Shown piece by piece: positions 9,807 through 20,024 of a stretch of DNA of 64,000 bases. The DNA is taken from positions 7,910 to 71,909 of the forward strand of contig PKTD01000107.1 of assembly GCA_002869315.1 (NCBI GenBank). The letters run 5' to 3'. The DNA is from Marinilabiliales bacterium. GTDB lineage: Bacteria; Bacteroidota; Bacteroidia; Bacteroidales; F082. The first letter of the stretch is position 1, and each line of letters starts with the position of its first letter. Both the position numbers and the translations under genes were made by a program. A model generated the notes under the pieces. That model ran no database searches and had not been told where the DNA came from. It saw only the letters and a program-made list of their open reading frames with translations.

Positions 9807-12209
9807 ATGAACCGTAAAATTAAAAAAGTTGCAGTTTTGGGATCTGGAGTTATGGGATCTGGAATTGCATGTCATTTTGCAAATATCGGTACAGAGGTAT
9901 TATTAATCGATATTGTTCCACGTGAACTAAACGATAAAGAAAAAAAAGCAGGTTTAACGCTAGAAGACAAGCCAGTTAGAAATCGTATCGTAAATGATTC
10001 TCTTACAGCCGCTTTGAAGTCGAAACCATCACCGATTTACAAAAAAGAATTTGCAAAGCGTATTAAAACAGGAAATTTTGATGATGACCTTCATCTCATA
10101 AAAGACTATGATTGGGTTATCGAAGTAGTAATCGAAAGGCTGGATATTAAAAAATCAGTATTCGAAAAGGTGGATAAGTACAGAAAAAAGTGTTCACTCA
10201 TAACTTCAAATACTTCTGGTATATCTGTTGAAGCAATGATAGAAGGCAGAAGCGAAGATTTTCAGAAGCATTTTTGTGGAACTCACTTTTTTAACCCTCC
10301 ACGTTATCTTCAATTATTTGAAATTATCCCAACATCAAAGACTTCCGATGAGGTGTTAGCATTTTTAGATGATTATGCTGCCAGATATCTTGGTAAAACT
10401 CCGGTGCTTGCCAAAGACACACCGGCTTTTATTGCAAATCGTATAGGGACCTTCAGTATAATGGATTTGTTCAATAATGTAAAAGGATTTGATCTAACTA
10501 TTCCTGAAATTGATAAACTTACAGGTACCATTATAGGTAGAGCAAAATCCGCTACTTTTCGCACTGCAGATATAGTGGGACTCGATACTTTGGTTCATGT
10601 TGCAAATAATATAAAAGAAACTACAAACGATGAAGCAAACGCCTTATTTGCAATTCCTGATTATCTGCAAAAAATGCTGGATAATAAATGGTTAGGCTCA
10701 AAAACCAAGCAGGGTTTCTTTAAAAAAGTTGAGGAATATGGAAAGAAAAAATTCCTTTCCATAAACTTTGATACTCTTGAATATGAAGAAGCCCCACGTC
10801 CTAAATTTGGTGTTTTTGAAAAAACAAAGTCCATTGATAAGGTGAAAGACAGGATTCCAATTCTGTTTAAGGATAAGGGAAAAGCAGGCGACTTTTATAG
10901 AGCAACATTTTACGCTCTATTCCAGTTTAGTTCAAATCGTATTCCTGAAATATCTAATGATATTTATAAAGTGGATGATGCTCTTAATGCTGGCTTCGGA
11001 TGGAAATTAGGTCCTTTTCAAACATGGGATGCCATTGGAGTAGAAGATACAGTTAGAGCAATGGAGGGAGCAGGAAAAAAACCTGCTAAATGGGTTTACG
11101 AGATGATGGACATTGGCATTAAGAGTTTTTACAAGCTTGAAAATGGACTTAAGTATGTTTACGATATTGCTTCAAAAGATTATAAAGTAATTCCGGGTCA
11201 GGAAGATCGTATCTCGCTGGAAGTATTGCGCCAATCCAATGTTCTATGGGAAAATAATGATCTTACAATAATTGACCTTGGCGATGGAGTAATAAATGCT
11301 GAAATTCATACAAAAATGAATACCATAGGTGCCGGAGTTCTGGAAGGCCTAAACAAAGCAGTTGATATGGCTGAGGCCGATTATAAAGCTCTTGTAGTTT
11401 CCAATGAAGGAGACCATTTTTCCGCAGGAGCCAATGTGGGTATGATTTATATGCTTGCCATCGAGCAGGAATGGGAAGAACTGGATCTTGCTGTCCAGTG
11501 GTTCCAGAAAACTACCATGCGTATGCGTTATTCATCAATTCCTGTAATTGCAGCTCCTCACGGAATGGCTCTGGGCGGTGGATGCGAACTCTGTATGCAT
11601 AGCGATAAGGTTATTGCTCATGCAGAAACCTATATGGGTTTAGTAGAATTTGGAGTAGGACTTATCCCCGGTGGAGGTGGAACAAAAGAATTTGCCGTGC
11701 GCCTGTCCGATGAGTTAAAAGACGGAGATATAAGAACGAATTCTTTCCTAAACAGATATTTAAGTATAGGTCAGGCGAAGGTTTCAACTTCTGCCTATGA
11801 GGCTTTTGATCTTGGTTATCTTAGAGAGGGTATAGATGAAGTAATTGTTAGCAGGTCGCATCATCTGGCATATGCCAAAAATGTGGCTTTACAGATGGCC
11901 GAAAAAGGCTATACTCAGCCAGCGCCTAGAAACGATATTAAGATACTTGGTAAAGAAGTTATGGGTATGGTTTATGTGGGTGCCGACGGTTTTACAACAG
12001 GAAACTATATGTCGGAACACGATAAGATAATTGCTGAGAAACTTGGCGAAGTTATGGCTGGCGGAGAAATCTCACAAGCTCTAACAGAAGTTTCAGAACA
12101 ATACCTCCTGAACCTTGAAAGAAAAGCTTTTATGGAATTATGTTCCACAAGAAAGACCCTGGAAAGGATACAGAGTTTAATTACCAAAGGAAAAATTTTA
12201 AGAAATTAA
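9807..12209 (+). CDS. bifunctional 3-hydroxyacyl-CoA dehydrogenase / enoyl-CoA hydratase (FadB/FadJ-like, dehydrogenase domain N-terminal)
   Basis: 800 aa. N-terminal Rossmann motif VAVLGSGVMGSGIA. C-terminal crotonase-fold region (FSAGANVG...GGGCELCMH). Confidence 0.85.
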   Translation: MNRKIKKVAVLGSGVMGSGIACHFANIGTEVLLIDIVPRELNDKEKKAGLTLEDKPVRNRIVNDSLTAALKSKPSPIYKKEFAKRIKTGNFDDDLHLIKDYDWVIEVVIERLDIKKSVFEKVDKYRKKCSLITSNTSGISVEAMIEGRSEDFQKHFCGTHFFNPPRYLQLFEIIPTSKTSDEVLAFLDDYAARYLGKTPVLAKDTPAFIANRIGTFSIMDLFNNVKGFDLTIPEIDKLTGTIIGRAKSATFRTADIVGLDTLVHVANNIKETTNDEANALFAIPDYLQKMLDNKWLGSKTKQGFFKKVEEYGKKKFLSINFDTLEYEEAPRPKFGVFEKTKSIDKVKDRIPILFKDKGKAGDFYRATFYALFQFSSNRIPEISNDIYKVDDALNAGFGWKLGPFQTWDAIGVEDTVRAMEGAGKKPAKWVYEMMDIGIKSFYKLENGLKYVYDIASKDYKVIPGQEDRISLEVLRQSNVLWENNDLTIIDLGDGVINAEIHTKMNTIGAGVLEGLNKAVDMAEADYKALVVSNEGDHFSAGANVGMIYMLAIEQEWEELDLAVQWFQKTTMRMRYSSIPVIAAPHGMALGGGCELCMHSDKVIAHAETYMGLVEFGVGLIPGGGGTKEFAVRLSDELKDGDIRTNSFLNRYLSIGQAKVSTSAYEAFDLGYLREGIDEVIVSRSHHLAYAKNVALQMAEKGYTQPAPRNDIKILGKEVMGMVYVGADGFTTGNYMSEHDKIIAEKLGEVMAGGEISQALTEVSEQYLLNLERKAFMELCSTRKTLERIQSLITKGKILRN

Positions 12210-12228
12210 TAAGGAAAATACTAAAATC

Positions 12229-13401
12229 ATGAACGCATATATAGTAGGAGGATATCGCTCAGCAATAGGAAAAGCACCCAGGGGTAGTCTACGATTTACC
12301 CGTCCGGATGATATTGCAGCAGAAGTCATTAAGCATTTGGTTAACGACTTCCCTCAAATAGAAAAAACCAGAATAGATGATATTGTAGTTGGTAATGCAT
12401 TTCCTGAGGCTGAATCGGGCTTTAATATGGGAAGGCTACTATCTTTAATGTCGCTCGATACTGTTGAAGTTCCCGGATCAACGGTAAATCGTTATTGTGC
12501 TTCCGGACTTGAAACAATTGCAATTGCCTCCGCAAAAATTTCCGCCGGTTTATCAGACATAATTATTGCTGGTGGTGCCGAAACCATGTCGATGATAAAT
12601 ATGGGAGGTTGGAGAATGGTTCCTAACCCTGATGTTGCAAAAACACATCCCAAGTGGTTTTTAAGTATGGGACTTACTTCAGAAATGGTTGCTAAGGAAT
12701 ATAATGTGAGTAGAGAGCAACAGGATGAGTTCGCTGTTAAATCAGTTGATAAAGCAATTTCTGCCATCGATGGCGGTAAATTTAAGGATGAAATTGTACC
12801 CATTAAGGTTAAGGAAAATTACTATGATGATGGGAAAATGAAAACCCGTGAAAGAGTTTTTGATACTGATGAAGGACCTCGCAGAGGAACAACAGTGGAA
12901 ACCCTTTCCAGGTTAAAACCTGCTTTTGCACAAGACGGAACTTCCACTGCCGGTAATTCCAGTCAGATGTCGGATGGAGCAGCATTTGTAATGGTGGTTT
13001 CTGAGAAAATTCTAAAAGAATATAATTTAACTCCAATTGCCCGCCTTGTAGATTATCAGGTGGCAGGTGTTGAGCCTTATAAAATGGGTATTGGTCCCGT
13101 GGCTGCTATTCCGAAGGTGCTCAAGCATTCAGGAATAAAACAAGATGACATAGATTTAATTGAATTGAACGAAGCTTTTGCCTCACAATCGATAGCAGTT
13201 ATCAATGAATTAGGACTTGATACCGCTAAAGTAAACGTAAATGGTGGAGCAATAGCATTAGGACATCCATTGGGAGCCACTGGTGGTAAACTAAGTGTTC
13301 AGATATTAAATGAATTAAAACGCCGCAAAGGAAAATATGGTATGGTCACCATGTGTATTGGCACAGGCCAGGGTGGTGCCGGAATTTTTGAAATGTTATA
13401 G
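12229..13401 (+). CDS. fadA: acetyl-CoA C-acyltransferase (3-ketoacyl-CoA thiolase)
   Basis: 390 aa. Thiolase motifs NRYCASGLE (active-site Cys), GNSSQMSDGAA, NEAFA, GGAIALGHPLGATG and CIGTGQG. Confidence 0.9.
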   Translation: MNAYIVGGYRSAIGKAPRGSLRFTRPDDIAAEVIKHLVNDFPQIEKTRIDDIVVGNAFPEAESGFNMGRLLSLMSLDTVEVPGSTVNRYCASGLETIAIASAKISAGLSDIIIAGGAETMSMINMGGWRMVPNPDVAKTHPKWFLSMGLTSEMVAKEYNVSREQQDEFAVKSVDKAISAIDGGKFKDEIVPIKVKENYYDDGKMKTRERVFDTDEGPRRGTTVETLSRLKPAFAQDGTSTAGNSSQMSDGAAFVMVVSEKILKEYNLTPIARLVDYQVAGVEPYKMGIGPVAAIPKVLKHSGIKQDDIDLIELNEAFASQSIAVINELGLDTAKVNVNGGAIALGHPLGATGGKLSVQILNELKRRKGKYGMVTMCIGTGQGGAGIFEML

Positions 13402-13524
13402 GAAGGATTTATGAGTATATAGTTTCGGATTGCTAGCTGGCCTCCAATTACAAGTAACTAATTAATAATGACCATCACTATTTAAAACAAATTAATTGAT
13501 AAAAAACGATAAAATATAATTGAC

Positions 13525-15309
13525 ATGGACAATAAAAAAGCATTAAAAGGAGGGGAATTCCTTATTCGTGAAACCGAAGCAAAGGATGTATTTATTCCCG
13601 AAGAATTCAACGAAGAACAGCGCATGATGGCGCAAACCTGTAAGGAGTTTACTGAAACTCAGGTGATACCTAATATGGATCAACTTGAAAAGCACGACAG
13701 AGAATTATTATCAAAAATGATGAAAGATGCCGGTGAACTTGGTCTTTTGGGAATTTCCATTCCTGAAGAATATGAAGGTTTTGGACAGAATTTTGTTACC
13801 AGTATGCTTACCACTGAAGAGATGGGTAAAGGTTACAGTTTTGCAGTAGCTTATGCAGCTCATGTTGGAATTGGTACATTACCAATACTTTATTATGGTA
13901 CTGAAGAGCAAAAGCAAAAGTATATTCCTAAACTTGCTACGGGCGAGTATCTGGGAGCATATTGTCTCACTGAAGCTGATGCCGGATCCGACCCTAATTC
14001 AGGTAAAGCAGAAGCTGTTCTCACTGATGATGGCAAACATTATATAGTTAATGGAGTAAAAATATGGATCACCAATGGCGGTGTTGCCGATATATTTATT
14101 GTCTTTGCCAAAATTAAAGGCGATAAAAACCTTAGTGCCTTTATAGTTGAAAAAGGATGGGAAGGTGTTGGTATAGGTGCCGATGAAGAAAAAATGGGTA
14201 TCAAAGGCTCAACAACCATTCAACTGTATCTTGACGATGTAAAGGTTCCTGTAGAAAATCTACTTGGTGAGCAGGATGGAGGATTTAAAATAGCCCTAAA
14301 TATTCTTAACCTTGGTAGAATTAAACTTTCTGCCGCAACTGTAGGAGCAGCAAAAGCTACAATTACGAATTCCTTAAATTATGCCAATGAAAGAAAACAA
14401 TTTGCAAAAAAACTTTCTGATTTTGGTGCAATAAAACATAAACTGTCAGAAATGGCAATTCAGACTTTTGTTTCCGAATCGCTCACATATCGGGCAAGTC
14501 AGAATATTGAAGATGCAATTGCAGGTTATGTAGCAGATGGCATGGAAAAAGGAAAAGCAAGTCTGGAAGGTATTCGCCAGTATGCCATTGAGGCTTCGAT
14601 TGCCAAAGTATTTGGATCAGAAGCCCTCGACTTTGTTGTTTATGAAGGCGTACAAATTTATGGTGGAATGGGATATTCAGCTGAAACTCCGGTTGAAAGA
14701 GCCTATCGCGACAGCAGGATTAACCGGATATTCGAAGGGACTAATGAAATAAACAGAATGCTTTCTGTGGGTGAACTTGTTAAACGCGGACTAAAAGGTG
14801 AACTTGACCTTTTAACTCCTGCTAAAGATGTTGCCAAAGAATTGATGGCAATTCCTGATTTTGGTGCTCCAAGCCCTGAATATTTTGAAGCTAAGCATAA
14901 AATGATAGTCAACTTTAAGAAGTCGATACTAATGGTTGCCGGTGCTGCTCTGCAAAAATATATGCAGGAATTTGCTGATGAACAGGAAATTATAATGAGT
15001 CTAGCCGATATGCTTATGATGACTTATGCTGCCGAATCATTATTGTTGAGAATTGAAAAACTGGATAGTATTTATGATGATGATAAAATGGCGCTCTATA
15101 AAGATATTCTGGATGTATATTTTTACGATACAGCACCAAAAATTCATAAACACGGTTTGGATGCTATTTTCTCATTTGCAGAAGGTGATGAATTAATGGG
15201 AATGCAAATGGGGATGAAACGTTTTACCAAGGTTGCAGGTGTTAATGTAGTTGCAGCAAGAAGAAACATTGCTGACCACCTTGTAGAAGCTAATAAGTAC
15301 AATTTATAG
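13525..15309 (+). CDS. long (594 aa) acyl-CoA dehydrogenase
   Basis: ACAD motifs (YCLTEADAGSD, IFEGTNEINR) plus a C-terminal extension typical of the ~600-aa FadE-type enzymes. Confidence 0.85.
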   Translation: MDNKKALKGGEFLIRETEAKDVFIPEEFNEEQRMMAQTCKEFTETQVIPNMDQLEKHDRELLSKMMKDAGELGLLGISIPEEYEGFGQNFVTSMLTTEEMGKGYSFAVAYAAHVGIGTLPILYYGTEEQKQKYIPKLATGEYLGAYCLTEADAGSDPNSGKAEAVLTDDGKHYIVNGVKIWITNGGVADIFIVFAKIKGDKNLSAFIVEKGWEGVGIGADEEKMGIKGSTTIQLYLDDVKVPVENLLGEQDGGFKIALNILNLGRIKLSAATVGAAKATITNSLNYANERKQFAKKLSDFGAIKHKLSEMAIQTFVSESLTYRASQNIEDAIAGYVADGMEKGKASLEGIRQYAIEASIAKVFGSEALDFVVYEGVQIYGGMGYSAETPVERAYRDSRINRIFEGTNEINRMLSVGELVKRGLKGELDLLTPAKDVAKELMAIPDFGAPSPEYFEAKHKMIVNFKKSILMVAGAALQKYMQEFADEQEIIMSLADMLMMTYAAESLLLRIEKLDSIYDDDKMALYKDILDVYFYDTAPKIHKHGLDAIFSFAEGDELMGMQMGMKRFTKVAGVNVVAARRNIADHLVEANKYNL

Positions 15310-15357
15310 ATAATTATTGTAGAGAAAAACTGTCTTCATAACCATTATTTTTATCTT

Positions 15358-15834
15358 ATGGCCAAAAATATTAAAGCACTCGCTTTGAGTCCGTTAAAAA
15401 TGAAAATTTATATGCTACTTAATCTTCCCATGGGTTTAATAGCAGGATTAAGAGTTAGTAAGATTGATGATAATGGTTCTGAAGTTACAGTTCCTTTCAA
15501 ATACATAAATAAAAATCCCTTTAAATCGATGTATTTTGCTGTTATGTCCATGGCAGCAGAATTATCATCTGGGATTCTGGCTCTTTCAGAGGTAAGTCAG
15601 GCCTCCATGCCGGTATCTATGTTGGTATTAAATATGGAAGCATCTTTTACAAAAAAAGCAAGGACGAAGATTTCCTTTAAATGTGATGATGCATCCGGAA
15701 TAAGGCAAACAATTAATAAGAGTATTGAAAGCGGAGAGGGACAGACTATCGATGTTCATTCCAAAGGTTACGATAAAGAAGGCGATATAGTTGCTGAATT
15801 TAAGTTTACCTGGACTTTTAAACCTAAGAGTTGA
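15358..15834 (+). CDS. small hotdog-fold (DUF4442-like) protein, putative acyl-CoA thioesterase
   Basis: 158 aa, embedded in the fad operon. The family assignment is by recollection of DUF4442-type sequences only. The gene ends at TGA (15832-15834). Confidence 0.45.
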   Translation: MAKNIKALALSPLKMKIYMLLNLPMGLIAGLRVSKIDDNGSEVTVPFKYINKNPFKSMYFAVMSMAAELSSGILALSEVSQASMPVSMLVLNMEASFTKKARTKISFKCDDASGIRQTINKSIESGEGQTIDVHSKGYDKEGDIVAEFKFTWTFKPKS

Positions 15835-15932
15835 AATACAATAATTGACTGATATGATGTTTTTTGTATATTTAAAACCAAAAAATTAAAACTTGCTTTG
15901 GGAGTATTATTTATTAATTAAAAATTATAGAG

Positions 15933-17738
15933 ATGGAAATTAAACGCACCTTTGATATAATAGATAATAATCTTATTAATCATCAGAGAAATGATGCACT
16001 GGTTGTAAAACGCAATGGTAAATGGGAGAAATTCGATACCGCTACCTATAAAAATTTTATAGATCATTTTAGTTACGGATTACTCGCCATGGGTTTTAAA
16101 AAAGGCGACAAAATAGTTACGGTATCCAATAACCGTCCAGAATGGAATTTCATTGATAATGGCATGTCACAAATTGGAGTTGTTCATGTTCCTATATATG
16201 CTAATCAGGGTTTTGATGAATATGTTCATATACTCACCCATTCTGATGCCAGAATAATTATTATTTCATCTGAAGAATTTTATGATAAAATAAAAGAACC
16301 ATCTAAAAAGGCCTCTAATATTGAGGGAATATATTCCTTCGAAGAAATAAAAGGAGTTAAATCATGGATGGAAATTATTGAACTCGGAAGAAAAGAGAAG
16401 TCAAAATTTGAAAATAAATTAAAAGAAATAAAGGCCTCTGTTGATGAAAACGATCTGATGTCGATTATTTATACTTCGGGAACAACTGGCTTGTCGAAAG
16501 GAGTGATGCTTAGCCACAAGAATTTTGTCCAGAATGTATTGGCATGTATCGACATACTGCCAGTTGGACCAGATGGCAAATTCTTAAGTTTCTTGCCTTT
16601 ATGCCATGTTTTCGAGCGAATGATAAATTATTTGCTTCAATACAGAGGATGTGGTATTTATTATGCTGAAAGTGTTGACACCATTGGGGATAATATCAGG
16701 GAAGTAAATCCAAATGGTTTTGCTGCTGTTCCAAGGGTTATCGAGAAATTATACGATAAACTTATCCTAAAAGGTAAAGAACTTAAAGGAATTAAGAAGA
16801 ATATTTTCTTTTGGGCAGTTGAAATAGGATTGAAATTCGAACTAAATAAGGCAAATGGTTTCTTTTATGAACTCCAACGAAAGATAGTTGATAAACTTAT
16901 TTACAGCAAATGGCGTGAAGCTCTTGGGGGAAATATTGAGGTAATAGTTTCAGGAGGTGCTGCTCTTCAGCCTCGTTTGGCAAGGGTATTTAATGCTGCC
17001 GGTTTGCCTATTTTGGAAGGCTACGGACTAACAGAAACTTCTCCGGTAATTGCTGTTAATCATTTAAACTATCCGCATATGAAGTTTGGAACCGTAGGGC
17101 CTGTTTTGGATAATGTGGAGGTTAAAATTGCTGAGGATGGAGAAATATTGATGAAAGGTCCAAGTTTGATGCTGGGATATTATAAGGATGAAGAAAAAAC
17201 AAAAGAGGTAATTGATGAAGACGGTTGGTTTCATACAGGTGATATTGGAGAACTGGAAGAGCATAACATTCTTAGAATAACAGATAGAAAAAAGGAAATT
17301 TTTAAACTTTCAACTGGGAAGTATATTGCTCCGCAAGTGGTAGAAAACCGTTTCAAGGAATCTTCTTTTATCGAACAGATTATGGTAGTTGGTGCAGGAG
17401 AGAAATATGCTGCTGCCATTATTTGTCCTTCTTTCCATTTTCTTCACGGATGGTGTAGCCTGCATGGTATTAAGTTTAGAGATAATAAAGATCTTATTCA
17501 AAACCCAAAGGTGATTGCTCGTTATCAAAAGGAAGTTGATACGATTAATCAAGAGTTGGGCCGTTATCGACAACTTAAAAAGTTTGAACTTACTTGCTCC
17601 GACTGGACTCCTGAAACCGGTGAATTATCACCAACACTAAAACTGAAAAGAAAAGTATTAAAAGAAAAATATAAAATTAAGTTCGACAGATTATATGGTT
17701 ATACGGATGAGGATGGCCATGTGGGAATACCGGATTAG
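15933..17738 (+). CDS. fadD: long-chain-fatty-acid--CoA ligase (AMP-binding enzyme)
   Basis: 601 aa. AMP-binding motifs YTSGTTGLSKGVMLSH, GYGLTETSP and TGDIG. Confidence 0.85.
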   Translation: MEIKRTFDIIDNNLINHQRNDALVVKRNGKWEKFDTATYKNFIDHFSYGLLAMGFKKGDKIVTVSNNRPEWNFIDNGMSQIGVVHVPIYANQGFDEYVHILTHSDARIIIISSEEFYDKIKEPSKKASNIEGIYSFEEIKGVKSWMEIIELGRKEKSKFENKLKEIKASVDENDLMSIIYTSGTTGLSKGVMLSHKNFVQNVLACIDILPVGPDGKFLSFLPLCHVFERMINYLLQYRGCGIYYAESVDTIGDNIREVNPNGFAAVPRVIEKLYDKLILKGKELKGIKKNIFFWAVEIGLKFELNKANGFFYELQRKIVDKLIYSKWREALGGNIEVIVSGGAALQPRLARVFNAAGLPILEGYGLTETSPVIAVNHLNYPHMKFGTVGPVLDNVEVKIAEDGEILMKGPSLMLGYYKDEEKTKEVIDEDGWFHTGDIGELEEHNILRITDRKKEIFKLSTGKYIAPQVVENRFKESSFIEQIMVVGAGEKYAAAIICPSFHFLHGWCSLHGIKFRDNKDLIQNPKVIARYQKEVDTINQELGRYRQLKKFELTCSDWTPETGELSPTLKLKRKVLKEKYKIKFDRLYGYTDEDGHVGIPD

Positions 17739-17862
17739 TATAAATTTCTTAGTTTTTGTATTGATATCTATCAATATTATGTAGGGCTTATTGGGTGAAA
17801 TATAGAGCCATTCTAAATTCAGAAATTATTATTCTTGTAAACTGAACCAACAATTAATAGTC

Positions 17863-19944
17863 ATGATTAAACAGATAGTGTTTTTAATAGTTCTGCTAAT
17901 AACAATAGGCGTTTTTGCATGGACAATGCAGCGCATTTTCAAATATTTTAAACTTACAAAAAAGAAACCCATAGGAGATTGGGGAAAACGCATCAATACT
18001 ACCATAAAAGTTGCTTTTCTTCAGGAAAAAATTCTTCGAAAACCAATAATTGGTTTTATGCATGCTCTGGTATGGTGGGGATTTATAGTGATTTTGTTTG
18101 GAAGTATCGAAATGGTTATTGATGGTTTGTTCGGAACTGAGAGAGTTTTTCAGTTCATGGGACCTGTTTACAATTTTCTAATGGCTTCCGGGGATATCTT
18201 TGCACTTATTATTGCTCTGGCAGTTATAGCTTTTCTGTTCCGTAGGCTTTTCATGCATATTAAAAGATTTTACGGCCCTGAAATGAAACCTGTTTCCAAA
18301 GCAGACGCTAATCTGGCCCTTACAATTATTCTTGTATTAATGCTTTCCCTTTTGGGGATGAATACTGGATATATTATGTGGGCAAATGCTGCTAATGAGC
18401 ATATTGCAGGCTATTATCCGGTAAGTGATTGGCTGGCAAATATGTTATCAGGAGCTGATGTTTCAACTGCTCATATATTTTTCCAAATAAATTGGTGGTT
18501 ACATATAGTTTTGATTTTCGTATTTGCAAACATCCTACCTTACTCAAAACACTTTCATGTTTTTATGTCGGTACCTAATGTGTTTGTTAGTCGTATTGCA
18601 CCATTGGGTCATGCTGATAATATGCCCAACATAACCCAGGAAGTAAAACTTATGATGGATCCAAATGCCGCATTTGATGATGTGCCTGAAGAAGAAGGCG
18701 AGCCTGAGCGCTTTGGAGTAAAAGACGTTGAAGATGTTAACTGGGTTAACTATATGAATTCATTGGCATGTACTGAATGTGGAAGGTGTACTTCAGTATG
18801 TCCGGCTAATATAACAGGAAAACTCTTGTCACCAAGAAAGATAATGATGGATACAAGAGCAAGGATGAAAGAGAAAGGTCCTGGATTACTTGCAGAAGGA
18901 AATTCATTTGATGATGGAAATTCATTGATATCAACATCCTATATTACTGAAGAAGAATTATGGGCTTGTACCCAATGCAATGCCTGTGCTCAGGAGTGTC
19001 CTGTTAATATTGATCAGCCTGGTTTGATTTTGGATATGCGCCGTTATCTGGTTATGGAGGAATCCAAAGCACCAGCCGGATTGAATACAGCTTTTTCGAA
19101 TATTGAGAATAATGGGGCACCATGGCAATTTTCACCTGAAGATAGAATGCTATGGGCCGAAGGGCTGGAAGTGCCATTGATGGCAGATAAAATGGCTGCA
19201 GCTGAAAAAGTTGATTATCTTTTCTGGGTGGGATCAGCAGGTGCATTTGATGATAGATACAAAAAGGTTAGCCGTGAGTTTGTTAAAACTCTTAATCATT
19301 TGAAAATAAATTATGCTGTCCTAGGAACAGAGGAAACCGACAGTGGTGATATAGCCCGTAGAGCAGGAAATGAAATGCTTTACCAGATGCAGGCAATGAT
19401 GAACATAGAAATTTTAAATGGCTATGAAGTAAAGAATATCATTACCTGTGATCCTCATGATTTTAATACTTTGAAAAATGAGTATCCTGATTTTGATGGT
19501 AATTATAATGTTATACATCATTCACAATTTTTGCAAGAGCAAATTTCTGCAGGAAATCTTAAACTGGATAGCGATGAGTTTGCTTCCAAAAAAATTACTT
19601 TCCACGATCCATGTTATCTGGGAAGAGCCAATAAAGAATATGATGCTCCCCGATCTGTTTTAGATGCTATTTCTTCAACAAAAGTTGAGATGGAAAGAAA
19701 TAAAAGCTTTGCTTTGTGCTGTGGTGCCGGAGGCGGACAGATGTTTAAAGAAGCAGAAAAAGGCGATAAGGAAGTGTTTATGGAGCGTACAGAAGAGGCC
19801 CTAAAAACAGGTTGTGATATAATTGCAACTGCATGCCCTTTCTGTATGGTAATGATGACAGATGGTATAAAATATTCCAATAAGGAAGAGGAAGTTAAGA
19901 ATTATGATATTGCAGAACTCGTTAGCAAAAGTTTGAAATTATAA
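17863..19944 (+). CDS. membrane-anchored (Fe-S)-binding oxidoreductase: N-terminal polytopic domain + 2x[4Fe-4S] + two CCG domains (HdrD/GlpC-like; EtfD-like)
   Basis: 693 aa. About 5-6 predicted TM helices in the first 250 aa. Ferredoxin motifs CTECGRCTSVCP and CTQCNACAQECP. CCG-domain signatures (ALCCGAGGG, CPFCMVMM, DPCYLGR). Confidence 0.75.
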   Translation: MIKQIVFLIVLLITIGVFAWTMQRIFKYFKLTKKKPIGDWGKRINTTIKVAFLQEKILRKPIIGFMHALVWWGFIVILFGSIEMVIDGLFGTERVFQFMGPVYNFLMASGDIFALIIALAVIAFLFRRLFMHIKRFYGPEMKPVSKADANLALTIILVLMLSLLGMNTGYIMWANAANEHIAGYYPVSDWLANMLSGADVSTAHIFFQINWWLHIVLIFVFANILPYSKHFHVFMSVPNVFVSRIAPLGHADNMPNITQEVKLMMDPNAAFDDVPEEEGEPERFGVKDVEDVNWVNYMNSLACTECGRCTSVCPANITGKLLSPRKIMMDTRARMKEKGPGLLAEGNSFDDGNSLISTSYITEEELWACTQCNACAQECPVNIDQPGLILDMRRYLVMEESKAPAGLNTAFSNIENNGAPWQFSPEDRMLWAEGLEVPLMADKMAAAEKVDYLFWVGSAGAFDDRYKKVSREFVKTLNHLKINYAVLGTEETDSGDIARRAGNEMLYQMQAMMNIEILNGYEVKNIITCDPHDFNTLKNEYPDFDGNYNVIHHSQFLQEQISAGNLKLDSDEFASKKITFHDPCYLGRANKEYDAPRSVLDAISSTKVEMERNKSFALCCGAGGGQMFKEAEKGDKEVFMERTEEALKTGCDIIATACPFCMVMMTDGIKYSNKEEEVKNYDIAELVSKSLKL

Positions 19945-19962
19945 TTCATTAAACTTTAATTG

Positions 19963-19998
19963 AAAAAGCCCTTCTTGTGAATTACGAGAAGGGCTTTT
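19963..19998. terminator. bidirectional rho-independent terminator
   Basis: Stem GCCCTTCTTG (19968-19977) / CGAGAAGGGC (19985-19994) with one G-U pair. A-run before, T-run after. Lies between convergent genes. Confidence 0.7.
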
Positions 19999-20024
19999 AT
20001 TTTACTTATTATGAAAAACTATTA

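Noticed and set aside
17760-17775. Perfect 7+2+7 palindrome ATTGATA-TC-TATCAAT between fadD and the EtfD-like gene.
   Set aside because: In 64 kb of AT-rich DNA, several such 7-bp inverted repeats are expected by chance. The 2-nt spacer rules out a hairpin, and there is no second copy or adjacent promoter box.
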